Assembly: GCA_032250805.1 (NCBI GenBank)
Contig: JAVVEM010000005.1
Span: 32,659-96,658 of the forward strand
Origin: Bacteroidales bacterium
GTDB taxonomy: Bacteria; Bacteroidota; Bacteroidia; Bacteroidales; B18-G4
Length of the DNA: 64,000 nt
Reading direction: 5' to 3'
Shown here piece by piece: positions 21,137 to 30,516 of the stretch (position 1 is its first letter; the number at the start of each line of letters is the position of its first letter). The position numbers were made by a program, and so were the translations under genes. The notes beneath the pieces are model-generated. The model ran no database searches and was not told the origin of the DNA. It saw only the letters and a list, made by a program, of their open reading frames with translations.

Positions 21137-22270
21137 TTATTCAGGTTGAAAAACACGGATGTAGTCAACTTTCATTTGTTGCGGAAAAACGGTTGTTGCA
21201 TCCGGATTGCCCGGCCAGTTACCGCCCACGGCAACGTTTAAGATAAACCAGAATTCCTGGTGAAACTCACTCATCTGCTGATTGGTTATTGTTACCTGGT
21301 TGTAAACCTGGTTATCGACAAGCCACTGAATGGATGACTCATCCCAGATAAGTGAAAAAACATGGTAGGCTTCGGCGAAAGAATCTCCAGAAACCGTAGT
21401 GCTTTGTCCATAGCTGGCATGTTCGCCACTTTCATCCCAGTGGATGGTTCCGTAGCATGTATATTCACCATTATTTCCGCCAATCATCTCCATAATATCG
21501 ATCTCGCCGCATTTTGGCCATCCAACGGTGCTAAAATTATTGCCCAGCATCCATAAGGCAGGCCAGAGTCCCTTGCCCTGAGGTAAGAGGGCTCTTATGT
21601 CGATCCTGCCATACCGGAATGATTTCTTGCCCCTGCTGATCAGTTTGGCAGAGGTATAATTGCGGTTGGCAAAGGTCTCTTCCCTTGCTTCAATGGTCAG
21701 CACACTGTCGGCAACCCAGGCATTCTCCTGTCTGTAGTATTCCAATTCGTTGTTTCCCCAGCCGCAGAGGTTTGGGCAACCGTCGCCAATGTCAAAACTC
21801 CAGTTTGAGGTATTCATGGCATTATCATTAAATTCGTCCTGCCATACAAGGGTATATCCATTATATTCAAGTGGCGAGAAGTAGCCCTTGCTCAAAGGTA
21901 CCGGATCTGTCTGTCCTCCTGTCGAAATCGTTATGGTTTGCGATGCTTTAATATATCTTCCTGATGCACTATAGGCTCTTACCGTGATACTGTATTGTCC
22001 TTCACCATCAAAAGTATAATCAAAAAGACCGGTTTCATTCATGGCTTCGGGAATGTCTGATGATCCAATATAAAAGTGGTACTGCACTGTGTTCAGTGCT
22101 GTAGCCTGCAGGACAACCTCAGCCGTTTCGTGGTCAATTGACAATATTTCTATGATCAGGTTTGCTGGATCAGCTGCATTTGTATCATCATCACTTTTAT
22201 CGCAAAAGCTGGATAAAAATGCGAGCATAATGATCATAACACTGACACGGTAAACTCCGAAGTGCTTCAT
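21137..22270 (-). CDS. GH16 endo-beta-1,3(4)-glucanase (laminarinase-like) lipoprotein with N-terminal Ig-like domain
   Basis: GEIDIMEMIG matches the GH16 ExDxxE catalytic motif. WPALWMLG. Lipobox-like LSSFCDKSDDD. Confidence 0.9.
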   Translation of the reverse strand: MKHFGVYRVSVMIIMLAFLSSFCDKSDDDTNAADPANLIIEILSIDHETAEVVLQATALNTVQYHFYIGSSDIPEAMNETGLFDYTFDGEGQYSITVRAYSASGRYIKASQTITISTGGQTDPVPLSKGYFSPLEYNGYTLVWQDEFNDNAMNTSNWSFDIGDGCPNLCGWGNNELEYYRQENAWVADSVLTIEAREETFANRNYTSAKLISRGKKSFRYGRIDIRALLPQGKGLWPALWMLGNNFSTVGWPKCGEIDIMEMIGGNNGEYTCYGTIHWDESGEHASYGQSTTVSGDSFAEAYHVFSLIWDESSIQWLVDNQVYNQVTITNQQMSEFHQEFWFILNVAVGGNWPGNPDATTVFPQQMKVDYIRVFQPE

Positions 22271-22283
22271 ACAATTAATATAA

Positions 22284-22314
22284 AGGGCTATGACCTGCTC
22301 CAGGTCATAGCCCT
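22284..22314 (-). other. perfect 14-bp stem / 3-nt loop hairpin between the PKD lipoprotein gene and the GH16 gene
   Basis: agggctatgacctg (22284-22297), loop ctc, caggtcatagccct (22301-22314). On the minus strand it is followed by TTATATTAATTGT. Confidence 0.6.
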
Positions 22315-22321
22315 GATAGGA

Positions 22322-23809
22322 TTATTCAAATTTAAAGTTGCGGATATAGAACGTACCCGGGGCGTCATGGCCGCCGCCACCCAGTGAGATGGCAAAGAAG
22401 TCAAGGTCAGCCCTTTCATAGGGATTTTCCAGGCTCGGACCGCTTGTGGGTGAATCCAGCTGGAATGTATAGGTAACCCATGCATCCATAACCTCTGCAA
22501 CGGCATCATACTGAATGTGGCCTGTCCACCATTGTTCGGTCTGACTGGCATCTGCAATAATAATGGCGATGTCTTTGGTCAGTGTTCCGGAATAGTCGTT
22601 CGAGCTTGGCATGTATACATCCAGCGACACGGTTGTAAAGTTATCAAACTGAATATCATACTCCATCATGAACTGAAGTTCCTGGTAAGTTCCCCACCTG
22701 AAATATTCAGCTACATTGGTAGCTCCGCCTGCGGGATCTGCAACACCAATGGTGAGGTCCATAGAGTTTGCCAGGGTGGTGTCGAGAAGTACAAAGCTGG
22801 TAGCTGTCTCGAAGGTATTATACATTTCTTCAGGTGTAAGGTCGGGAAGGTCAACACCAAATGGAGGTTCTTCCTCAACCAGTTCAGGTTCGAGTGAAGG
22901 ATCGTAATAATGTACATAAACAATGGTCCATAAACCACCGTCTCCATAGTCGAAGGTCACCGTCATCAGATCATAACCGCTTTCCTGAGTAATGTCGAGG
23001 TTAAATGTTGTGGTTTCGACAGGAACAGTGGTTTCGCCGCCGGTTGTCAGTTTTGGAATACCGATCCAGGCGCCCATCCCGGTAAGCGTGGCGGTACCTT
23101 GTGAGGGATAATAGGTGAACGCATGTGTTCCTGATAGCCATGCACTTACATCCACGCCATCCTTGTTTATCATATTTTCAGGAAGGGCTTCAAAGCAGAT
23201 TTCATAATTCCATTGTCCGTCAAATACACCATATTCGCCCCAGAACATACCATTATCATCAAACACATATGTTCCGTCAAAGTGGAAGGTGAACTCCTGG
23301 GTGTAGAGGCAAGGCCTTGCACCGTCATTTTCGAGGCCTTCCCACCATCCACCGGGGTTGCTGGCATCGGGACCAAACGACATTGATACACCTTCCCTGA
23401 ATAATTTCCATGTTTTGGATACATCTCCGGTGAGCAGTTTGTAAGCGTCGTTCGGATCAGTGACCGTAATGGCCTGCGAGAAATCTGCACTTGCACCTGC
23501 TGCATTCTTTGCAGTCAGTTTAACTGTGTAATCTCCTACGGCAGCATAAACATGCACAGGATCTTTTTCAGTAGATGTTTCTCCATCTCCAAAATCCCAG
23601 AGATAAGAAGTCGCATTTTGTGAGTAATTGGTGAAAGTAACTTCCAGGAAGTTGCCTTCGCTGATAACATACTGGAAACTGGCTACAGGAGCAGTTGTTC
23701 CATTGTCATCGTCGTCATCGTCTTTTTTACATGAGTTGAAGACCACGAGAGATAAAACGCTGATCATAGTCAAACTCAATAAAATCCTTTGAAAATTTTG
23801 TTTTTTCAT
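22322..23809 (-). CDS. PKD-domain surface glycan-binding-protein-like lipoprotein (SGBP candidate)
   Basis: Lipobox VVFNSCKKDDDDDDN (acidic export-signal-like). PKD segment FTNYSQNATSYLWDFGDGETS. The C-terminal module shares the VYMPSSNDYSGTL motif with module B of the 5130-8186 protein. Confidence 0.7.
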   Translation of the reverse strand: MKKQNFQRILLSLTMISVLSLVVFNSCKKDDDDDDNGTTAPVASFQYVISEGNFLEVTFTNYSQNATSYLWDFGDGETSTEKDPVHVYAAVGDYTVKLTAKNAAGASADFSQAITVTDPNDAYKLLTGDVSKTWKLFREGVSMSFGPDASNPGGWWEGLENDGARPCLYTQEFTFHFDGTYVFDDNGMFWGEYGVFDGQWNYEICFEALPENMINKDGVDVSAWLSGTHAFTYYPSQGTATLTGMGAWIGIPKLTTGGETTVPVETTTFNLDITQESGYDLMTVTFDYGDGGLWTIVYVHYYDPSLEPELVEEEPPFGVDLPDLTPEEMYNTFETATSFVLLDTTLANSMDLTIGVADPAGGATNVAEYFRWGTYQELQFMMEYDIQFDNFTTVSLDVYMPSSNDYSGTLTKDIAIIIADASQTEQWWTGHIQYDAVAEVMDAWVTYTFQLDSPTSGPSLENPYERADLDFFAISLGGGGHDAPGTFYIRNFKFE

Positions 23810-23924
23810 AGTATTAAGTTGTAGGTTTAAATGAAATAATTTGAATCTAAATTAATAAATAATTATAGTGCCACAAAATTTACAACATTCACAATAACAC
23901 ATCATTATTTAAAAAATACTACAT

Positions 23925-23932
23925 CAAAATTA
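23925..23932 (-). promoter_or_regulatory. candidate Bacteroidota -7 box (TAATTTTG on the minus strand) upstream of the PKD lipoprotein / GH16 / SusCD genes
   Basis: The plus strand reads caaaatta, which is TAnnTTTG on the minus strand. It sits ~115 nt upstream of the start at 23809, inside an AT-rich 270-bp spacer. Confidence 0.3.
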
Positions 23933-24080
23933 CAACAGACGAAATATAAAAATCAGAAAAAGAGGGTAATATAAAATTAAATAACTAAATCATGGCTTTC
24001 TCATCGTCCTGTAACTCCTTAAATACGGAATCAGGTCTAAACAACAGTAAAAACAACTGCTGATAATGGAATTCATGCTG

Positions 24081-25778
24081 TCAGAATGATATTTTCCAGG
24101 CATGTGAATAACCGTATTCAATGATTTGCAATATATAGATCCCGGCGCGGTCGGCTTTGATGATCGCATGATCATGATTGGATCTGGTTTCACTTACAAG
24201 CTGGCCATTTGCACTGAAGAGCAACAAACGCCTTTCGGCGGTAGATCTAAAATCAATTTTATATTGCAATGCTCCAATGCGGCATATTCCCGGCTGGTGT
24301 ATTGCTTGTGCTATGATGCCATCGGGGGGCAGGGGTATGGTTACAGGCCTTGAACCGGATAATAATGTTTGCCCGCCTGGTTCAGACAATGTGGCTGTTA
24401 ATATGTAATCGCCCTCTTCAATAATGTAATCATTTATTTCGAGCGAAAGCTCTTTACATGCATCGCTTTGTGCAATAAGATCATCATTGAAGAGGTTTAC
24501 CGGCGACTGGCCTTCCAGCGCAATATCCAGATGGTATACCTTGTCGGGTTCGGCTGCAAAAAACCTGATCTTGAAATGTTCGTCAGGATCGCCGAGGTGG
24601 TTTAGATGTATGGCTCCGTTTTCGTTTACCATGCTTACTGCAGGCATGCCAATAGTGGGTAAATAGGTTTCCTGAAAGCTAATAATTTCACCGGGCGAAA
24701 GGATTGCATCTTCAAAAAACTGAGTTGAAAGGCCTGACCAAAGCTCGATGTAGGGGCGGGCAACATGATAATAATTTGTTGGATCGGCATTCAATCCCTG
24801 CTCAGCGCCCCATGTCCAGAATTTCATGCCTTTGGTTGTTGCTGAATTATCAGCTACCCTGAAGATCCCTTCTTCATTCTCATGATTGATCACACCATAA
24901 TAATTGGCTTCGATATTAGGATAGGCATAGGCAATTCCCATGTCAACCCAGTTTTCGTAATGTGCCAGGTTTTTATATTCAAAAACATGGCTCCCCAAAC
25001 CATAAGCAGGCGTTTCGGCCAGGCCCATCCAGCTCCACCAGTCGTCTTTTAAATATACATGTTCAATGGGTGCTATGATCTCTGAATTAGCGGGTGTAAA
25101 TGTATTTCCCGGTTCAGAGCCTGGCGCAAGTGTTGTGCAGGTCCAGTATTCGAATGCTACAGATTCGGCTTTTGTATTTCGGATGCTGTGTGTGAGCCCG
25201 AAGCTTGCCTTGCTTTTCTCTAATACAAGGCTTGATGTACAAATAACCCCTGTTATCCCATTGTTGAATTTGCCTGGGTGCCCCGGATAGTTGATGCTAT
25301 CCTTAAATTCCATTTTCAGTGTGACCGACTCACCAGTGACTTCTGTTAATTCCCATTCCCAGGGCAGAAACCATGTCTTGCCGTGCTCCGGCTCAGGAAA
25401 AGTTGGGAATATTCCTCCCATAACCATCAGCCAGTTGTAATAAAAGTTGCCTTCTCCAATACCGTAAGGTGTTCCAACAGGATTTATATAGAGTTGTTCA
25501 TGCTGGCTTGGCCTGTAATAATAAGATATGATCCTGGCGCCAAAGTCCGGCATGACAACAAGCCTGATATATTTATTTTCAATGACCAGGCCGGGATATT
25601 GCGATTCAACAATATTGTTTGTGCTGTATGTTGCCATCCCATTGTTTTCATCGAGCGTATATTCAAAGTGCGCCCATGTTATCAGTGTATCGCGATAGCT
25701 GGTCTGTGCCTTTATGCTGCAGCTTAAAAGCATTCCTGCAAATAAGGAAAGAAGAATTGTTTTTCCGGTGATGGCCAT
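24081..25778 (-). CDS. secreted protein of unknown function with T9SS C-terminal sorting domain (possibly a galactose-mutarotase-like fold)
   Basis: Start chosen at MAITGKTILLSLFAGMLLSCSIKAQ (signal peptide); the ORF-track start at 25823 adds 15 non-signal residues. C-terminus LLLFSANGQLV...AGIYILQI...AWKISF is CTD-like. No catalytic motif recognised. Confidence 0.6.
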   Translation of the reverse strand: MAITGKTILLSLFAGMLLSCSIKAQTSYRDTLITWAHFEYTLDENNGMATYSTNNIVESQYPGLVIENKYIRLVVMPDFGARIISYYYRPSQHEQLYINPVGTPYGIGEGNFYYNWLMVMGGIFPTFPEPEHGKTWFLPWEWELTEVTGESVTLKMEFKDSINYPGHPGKFNNGITGVICTSSLVLEKSKASFGLTHSIRNTKAESVAFEYWTCTTLAPGSEPGNTFTPANSEIIAPIEHVYLKDDWWSWMGLAETPAYGLGSHVFEYKNLAHYENWVDMGIAYAYPNIEANYYGVINHENEEGIFRVADNSATTKGMKFWTWGAEQGLNADPTNYYHVARPYIELWSGLSTQFFEDAILSPGEIISFQETYLPTIGMPAVSMVNENGAIHLNHLGDPDEHFKIRFFAAEPDKVYHLDIALEGQSPVNLFNDDLIAQSDACKELSLEINDYIIEEGDYILTATLSEPGGQTLLSGSRPVTIPLPPDGIIAQAIHQPGICRIGALQYKIDFRSTAERRLLLFSANGQLVSETRSNHDHAIIKADRAGIYILQIIEYGYSHAWKISF

Positions 25779-25920
25779 TTTGCAAATATTTTTTCGAAGA
25801 TATAAGTAGTTGTCCTGAAACAAAAATATATTCCGGCATCATTAACTCAACATAAATCTTAATCAGTGCATCAATACTACATCATTATAATGCGGGACAA
25901 CAATTTGTGAAGCGTCGCGC

Positions 25921-28890
25921 TTAAAAGGTCATAATAAACTCAGTCAGGTTGGTATCGTGGCTAAGTCTGAGTTTTTTCCGAAGCCGGTAGCGGCTGATCT
26001 CAACACCCCTGGTAGAGATATTCATCAGCGTGGCTATTTCTTTGCTCGAAATATTCAGGCGGAGATAGGCACACAGTTTCATCTCCCGTGGTGTCAGATC
26101 AGGGAATTCGGCCTTCAGCCGCTTTAGAAATTCTTCGTGCACACTTTCAAAATGGCTTTCAAAAACTTCCCATTGATTTTCTGTATCGATCTCGCGGTTA
26201 ATTTTACGGATCAAAAGGTTTGTTTTATGCCTTATATTTTCATCATTGATTTCTCTGGCAAGTTTGCTCAATTCCTTTTTTATGCTGATGAGTGATTTGC
26301 TTTTCTGGATCATCTGCATGGTATTGTTGGCCAATTCTTTATCTTTTTGTTTCATGTCGGCCGAGAGCTTTTCATTGCGCAGCCTGATCACTTCCTTTTC
26401 TGCTTCAAGCGCTTCGGTTTGCAATTGCTTCTCCCTTTCTTTGAATAGTCGTTTCTGACGTTCCTTCTCCTGGCGTTTTGATTTTTCCATTCGGTATCTA
26501 ACATAGATGGCCATCATGTAAATGAAAACGGCTATTACCAATAAGTATATAACATATGCCCACCATTGCAGGTACCATGGTGGTAAAATTTCAAATATCA
26601 CTGAGCTTACATTACTTTCCTTGCCAAAGATGTTTCTGGCTTTAACCCTGAAGGTGTGAAAACCGTGATCGAGATTGGTATATTCCCTGACCGGTCTGCT
26701 TTGCCATGCCGACCATTCCGAATCAAATCCTTCGAGAAATGTTGAGAATTGCATGCTTGAAGGGTTCTCAAAATCACTTGCGGTAAATTCAAACCTGAGT
26801 TGATTGAATTTATAAGGGATGGGTGTTGAAATTGTCATTTCTGTTTTTCCCGACTGATAGATTGTTGAGTCGAGGCTTACCAGAATCGTTTTACGTATAA
26901 ATGAGGTTAATCCGTGCTGGTAGTTTTTAGGGAATTTGGGCGAATAGTGCACAAAGCCGTCCTGTATTCCAAAAATTACATGGTCCTCGTTCAGGGGGTA
27001 TACAAATTGAAAGTATTTGATGAACCTGCCTTCGAGTTCCCTGAAAGGCACATCCAGGTTAAAGTAGGTGCCATCCTCCTGCAGGCGGTAAACCCCGGCA
27101 TTATTCATCGTAAAATACCAGATATTTCCTGTTTCATCCCTGTGTATTTTCTGAATGCTTTCTTGTGGGAATATATTTCGCATCATCTCATCCGGAATGA
27201 AACTGTTTGTCCTAACGTCGTACTCATAAAATCCTTTTTCTGTAGTAAATACGGCTTTATTAAAAACCTCAAATACATTGATATTTTCATCAGACGGTAA
27301 ACCATTGTTGCTGTTGTATATCTCAATTTTTGTTACGCTGTCATAGGCCTCATTAAAGTGTATCCTGAATACTCCCAGGTACCCGTGCGACATCCAGATT
27401 TTCTGTGGACCTGCATTTACGAGAAACCTTGACGATTCCATGAATCCTTTAATTTTACCCCTGTCTACCCATTTGCCGTCAACATTTTCAAACTTTACCA
27501 GGTAGGTATATGTGCCGCATATTAACAGGTCGTCCCTGTCTTCGGGTTGAATAAAGGTCCATCCTCCCTGCACCTCTGATATTTTAGTGGCTTGTGTACC
27601 ATCTATGGTAAAGATGCCTGAATTATGCCCGCAGAAAAGTGTACCATCCACAACCTTGAAATCCCATGCCTGTCCCTGCGTTCCCGGGACAATAGCAAAA
27701 CTCTGTTCGGCTGCGTTGGTTTGCAGTTTCTCCCAATCCTGGTAGAATACGCCGCGGTTGGTGGCTAAATACAGCAAGCCATCATGAAGAACTGCTGCAT
27801 ATCCGGCACTCAGGTTACTATAATCCGTGAAGTAGGTGAGCGGGGAGTTGATCTCAACATAGTCGATGCCATTGTCGAGTCCAAGCCATAAGTTCCCATA
27901 CTGGTCGATTTGGATGCTCAGCACAGTATTGTTTTGCAAACCCTTGTCGATATTGATATGTTGAAGAATGGTCCCGGACGAATCGCATAAAACAAGTCCA
28001 TCCTGAATTGTGCCGAAAGCATAGGTGTCATCGCTGATAGCCATGCCGCAATAAACCTGGTTATTTTTAAAAAAATCTGTATTCGGACTGGCCCATTCTG
28101 TTAGTTGGTAACCGTTGAATTCAAAGATGCCCATATCTGCTGTGGCGATGAGTATATTATTGCCTTTTGCTATCATTGCCCATATCAACTGGCCCTTGAG
28201 TAGGTCAACACCAGGTATCTTAACCAGGCGGTCATGGGCCAGGCGAAACAATCCCTCCTGCTGGTCATTGATGTATAACTCGCTGTTAACGAGAAATGAA
28301 AAATGAAATGATTCAGGAGCTTTCAAAATATTCACTCCACCATTGCTGTAGATCATGAGCTGCTTATACGACTGAAATACGATACCATACGGCAGTTCAT
28401 GGATTTTCCATACCTCTCCGAAGTTTTGGTTTGTTTTAGGAACCAGTTCTGACAGGGATTTGTACCTCATCAGGCCCCCTTCATCGGTAATAAAATACCC
28501 AATCTGGTTAAAGCCCCCTGCATAGATCCGCCCGTCGCTGGCAGTATGCACACATCTTACCACAATACCCCCGGGAAGGGGATAGGTTCTCCAGTAGAGG
28601 CCGTCAAATTCCATTACACCATCATTGTTGGCAAAATATGCAAGTCCGTCCTTACTGATATCAATCATCCATGTTTGTGCTCCGGAAGGGATTTCGGCCG
28701 GATAGTAATTCCTGATAAAAGGAATCCCGATTCTCTTCACCTGCGCAGCAACGTGTATTGAAAGCACCAGCAAGATGACCGGTAAAGTGTATTTTAATGA
28801 TCTTAATTGCAAATGCAGAATATTTTTCAAACCATCAGCGTTGTTTGTGGTAAATATACTAAAATTTGAATTGACTATCTTTACACCCAT
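25921..28890 (-). CDS. PUL regulator: periplasmic two-component-regulator-propeller / Y_Y_Y sensor, one TM segment, coiled coil, C-terminal LuxR-type HTH
   Basis: Signal/anchor LKYTLPVILLVLSIHVAAQ. Repeated beta-propeller-like segments. TM WWAYVIYLLVIAVFIYMMAIYV. LuxR HTH LTPREMKLCAYLRLNISSKEIATLMNISTRGVEISRYRLRKKL. No kinase or receiver motifs. Start set at Met127 of the ORF-track translation because the upstream extension overlaps the divergent gene and has no signal-like sequence. Confidence 0.85.
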   Translation of the reverse strand: MGVKIVNSNFSIFTTNNADGLKNILHLQLRSLKYTLPVILLVLSIHVAAQVKRIGIPFIRNYYPAEIPSGAQTWMIDISKDGLAYFANNDGVMEFDGLYWRTYPLPGGIVVRCVHTASDGRIYAGGFNQIGYFITDEGGLMRYKSLSELVPKTNQNFGEVWKIHELPYGIVFQSYKQLMIYSNGGVNILKAPESFHFSFLVNSELYINDQQEGLFRLAHDRLVKIPGVDLLKGQLIWAMIAKGNNILIATADMGIFEFNGYQLTEWASPNTDFFKNNQVYCGMAISDDTYAFGTIQDGLVLCDSSGTILQHINIDKGLQNNTVLSIQIDQYGNLWLGLDNGIDYVEINSPLTYFTDYSNLSAGYAAVLHDGLLYLATNRGVFYQDWEKLQTNAAEQSFAIVPGTQGQAWDFKVVDGTLFCGHNSGIFTIDGTQATKISEVQGGWTFIQPEDRDDLLICGTYTYLVKFENVDGKWVDRGKIKGFMESSRFLVNAGPQKIWMSHGYLGVFRIHFNEAYDSVTKIEIYNSNNGLPSDENINVFEVFNKAVFTTEKGFYEYDVRTNSFIPDEMMRNIFPQESIQKIHRDETGNIWYFTMNNAGVYRLQEDGTYFNLDVPFRELEGRFIKYFQFVYPLNEDHVIFGIQDGFVHYSPKFPKNYQHGLTSFIRKTILVSLDSTIYQSGKTEMTISTPIPYKFNQLRFEFTASDFENPSSMQFSTFLEGFDSEWSAWQSRPVREYTNLDHGFHTFRVKARNIFGKESNVSSVIFEILPPWYLQWWAYVIYLLVIAVFIYMMAIYVRYRMEKSKRQEKERQKRLFKEREKQLQTEALEAEKEVIRLRNEKLSADMKQKDKELANNTMQMIQKSKSLISIKKELSKLAREINDENIRHKTNLLIRKINREIDTENQWEVFESHFESVHEEFLKRLKAEFPDLTPREMKLCAYLRLNISSKEIATLMNISTRGVEISRYRLRKKLRLSHDTNLTEFIMTF

Positions 28891-30408
28891 ATGAAGACCC
28901 TGCCGGCATATGTTATTATAATGATCATCATGTTTATGATGACGGGTCCTTCCCGGGCGCAGACAACCACAAAAGTTAAGTTGCTTAAATCTGATGAATT
29001 GCTTATTGACGACCAGTTCAATAAAGGTATCCAGCGCTTGCTTGGGAATGTTGTGATGCTTCACGACAGCACTTATTTTTATTGCGACAGCGCATGGCTC
29101 AACCGCAGGGAAAATAACTTCAGGGCCTTCAGCAATGTGCATATCGTGCCCAGCGATACTCTGGAGATCTTCAGCGACTCGCTGAACTACGATGGCGCCA
29201 CACGCATTGCCGACCTTTATGGTAATGTTAAACTTCGCGATAACCGTGCAACACTCACAACAAGCCACCTTACCTACGACCGCAATACACGTATTGCTTA
29301 TTATTCAACAGGCGCAGTGATCGTAAGCGATACAAATATTCTTACCAGCCGGATCGGCTATTATTATACCGACGATAAAGAAGTTTATTTCCGCAGGGAC
29401 GTGGTACTAACCAATCCGGATTATGTTATGAATTCTGATACCCTTAAATATAATACGGTGTCGAAAACAGCCTGGTTTTATGGGCCTTCAACAATTGTTG
29501 GGGATAACGACAGCATTTATTGCGAAGACGGCTGGTATAATACCGAACTGGATGTGTCGCGTATGAAACTAAATGTATTTATCCGGCACGATGAACAAAA
29601 ACTTTGGGCCGATACGGTATTTTACAGGCGAGAACCTGCCTATGGCCTTGCCGAAAGCAATGTTACCATGCACGATACAGTGCAGGATGTTTTTGTGAAA
29701 GGGAATTTTGCCGTATATGACGACGAACTTGGGTATGCTTACGTTACCGACAGCGCCCTGGCCATCATGCCTGAAAAATCGGATACCCTCTTCATGCATT
29801 CTGATACCATGTGGATGTATAGCGGAGAGGATGGTAAGGCAAAGCTCATGAAGGCCTACTACAGGGTAAAGTATTACCGTAAAAATCTTCAGGGGATGTG
29901 CGACAGCCTGGTATATCATTTTCCTGATTCCACCATTATGATGTATAAGGATCCGGTGATGTGGTCGGACGAAAACCAGCTTACTTCCGATTCGGTGGCC
30001 ATCGTTCTCGCCAATAACGAAATTGATACCATGGTGCTTTATGGGGCCTGCTTTATTATCTCGATCGACGATACACTGTTTGCCACCTATAACCAGGTAA
30101 AGGGGCTTACTATGATCGGCTATTTTAAAAACAATGAGATCGTAAAGATCCGCGTGATGGGTAACTCCGAAACCCTGTACTTTCTCCGTGAAGACGACCA
30201 GTCGCTGATCGGTATTCAAAAAGCTATTGCCAACCGTATGATCATTTATTTTGACGAGGGCGAGATACGCGGGTTTACCTATATCGATAAACCCGACGGT
30301 GCCATACATACTGTGCAAGAGCTAAGCGGGCCTGACCTGCTTCTGCGCGATTTTCATTGGATTAAGGGACGCAGGCCACTGAAAATGGAGGATATTTTTA
30401 CCTGGTAG
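28891..30408 (+). CDS. OstA-like (LptA/LptD N-terminal-like) domain protein
   Basis: Signal peptide MKTLPAYVIIMIIMFMMTGPSRAQ. Repeated OstA-like beta-jellyroll pattern (LLGNVVMLHDSTYFYCDSAW, LYGNVKLRDNRATLTTSHLTYD). Confidence 0.7.
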   Translation: MKTLPAYVIIMIIMFMMTGPSRAQTTTKVKLLKSDELLIDDQFNKGIQRLLGNVVMLHDSTYFYCDSAWLNRRENNFRAFSNVHIVPSDTLEIFSDSLNYDGATRIADLYGNVKLRDNRATLTTSHLTYDRNTRIAYYSTGAVIVSDTNILTSRIGYYYTDDKEVYFRRDVVLTNPDYVMNSDTLKYNTVSKTAWFYGPSTIVGDNDSIYCEDGWYNTELDVSRMKLNVFIRHDEQKLWADTVFYRREPAYGLAESNVTMHDTVQDVFVKGNFAVYDDELGYAYVTDSALAIMPEKSDTLFMHSDTMWMYSGEDGKAKLMKAYYRVKYYRKNLQGMCDSLVYHFPDSTIMMYKDPVMWSDENQLTSDSVAIVLANNEIDTMVLYGACFIISIDDTLFATYNQVKGLTMIGYFKNNEIVKIRVMGNSETLYFLREDDQSLIGIQKAIANRMIIYFDEGEIRGFTYIDKPDGAIHTVQELSGPDLLLRDFHWIKGRRPLKMEDIFTW

Positions 30409-30445
30409 AAAAAAATTGTTGCAGGAACATATTCGTTCAGCAGGA

Positions 30446-30478
30446 ATTATTTAGAACAAATCTAATTTTCTAAATAAT
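30446..30478. promoter_or_regulatory. 11-bp perfect inverted repeat abutting the fldA promoter (candidate operator)
   Basis: attatttagaa (30446-30456) / ttctaaataat (30468-30478), 11-nt spacer. It ends 2 nt before the -7 box. Confidence 0.4.
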
Positions 30479-30480
30479 CG

Positions 30481-30488
30481 TATCTTTG
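30481..30488 (+). promoter_or_regulatory. candidate -7 box TATCTTTG for fldA
   Basis: Matches TAnnTTTG, 29 nt upstream of the ATG at 30517. This position argues against the ORF-track start at 30499. Confidence 0.4.
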
Positions 30489-30516
30489 CACCTGATTAAT
30501 GAAAAAAGAACAGATC

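Noticed and set aside
28891-29268. 126-codon N-terminal extension of the regulator ORF (MACCECCTVIAKF...)
   Set aside because: It overlaps the divergent OstA-like coding sequence, is Cys/His-rich nonsense-like, and precedes the real signal anchor. The start was moved to 28890.
29569-30318. 249-aa ORF antisense to the OstA-like gene
   Set aside because: It lies entirely within a well-supported plus-strand gene. The translation is His/Ile/Lys/Val-rich (DHTVGNSFLNTDQRLVV, HHADLYDLIVFKIADH) with no signal or motif. It is a typical shadow ORF.
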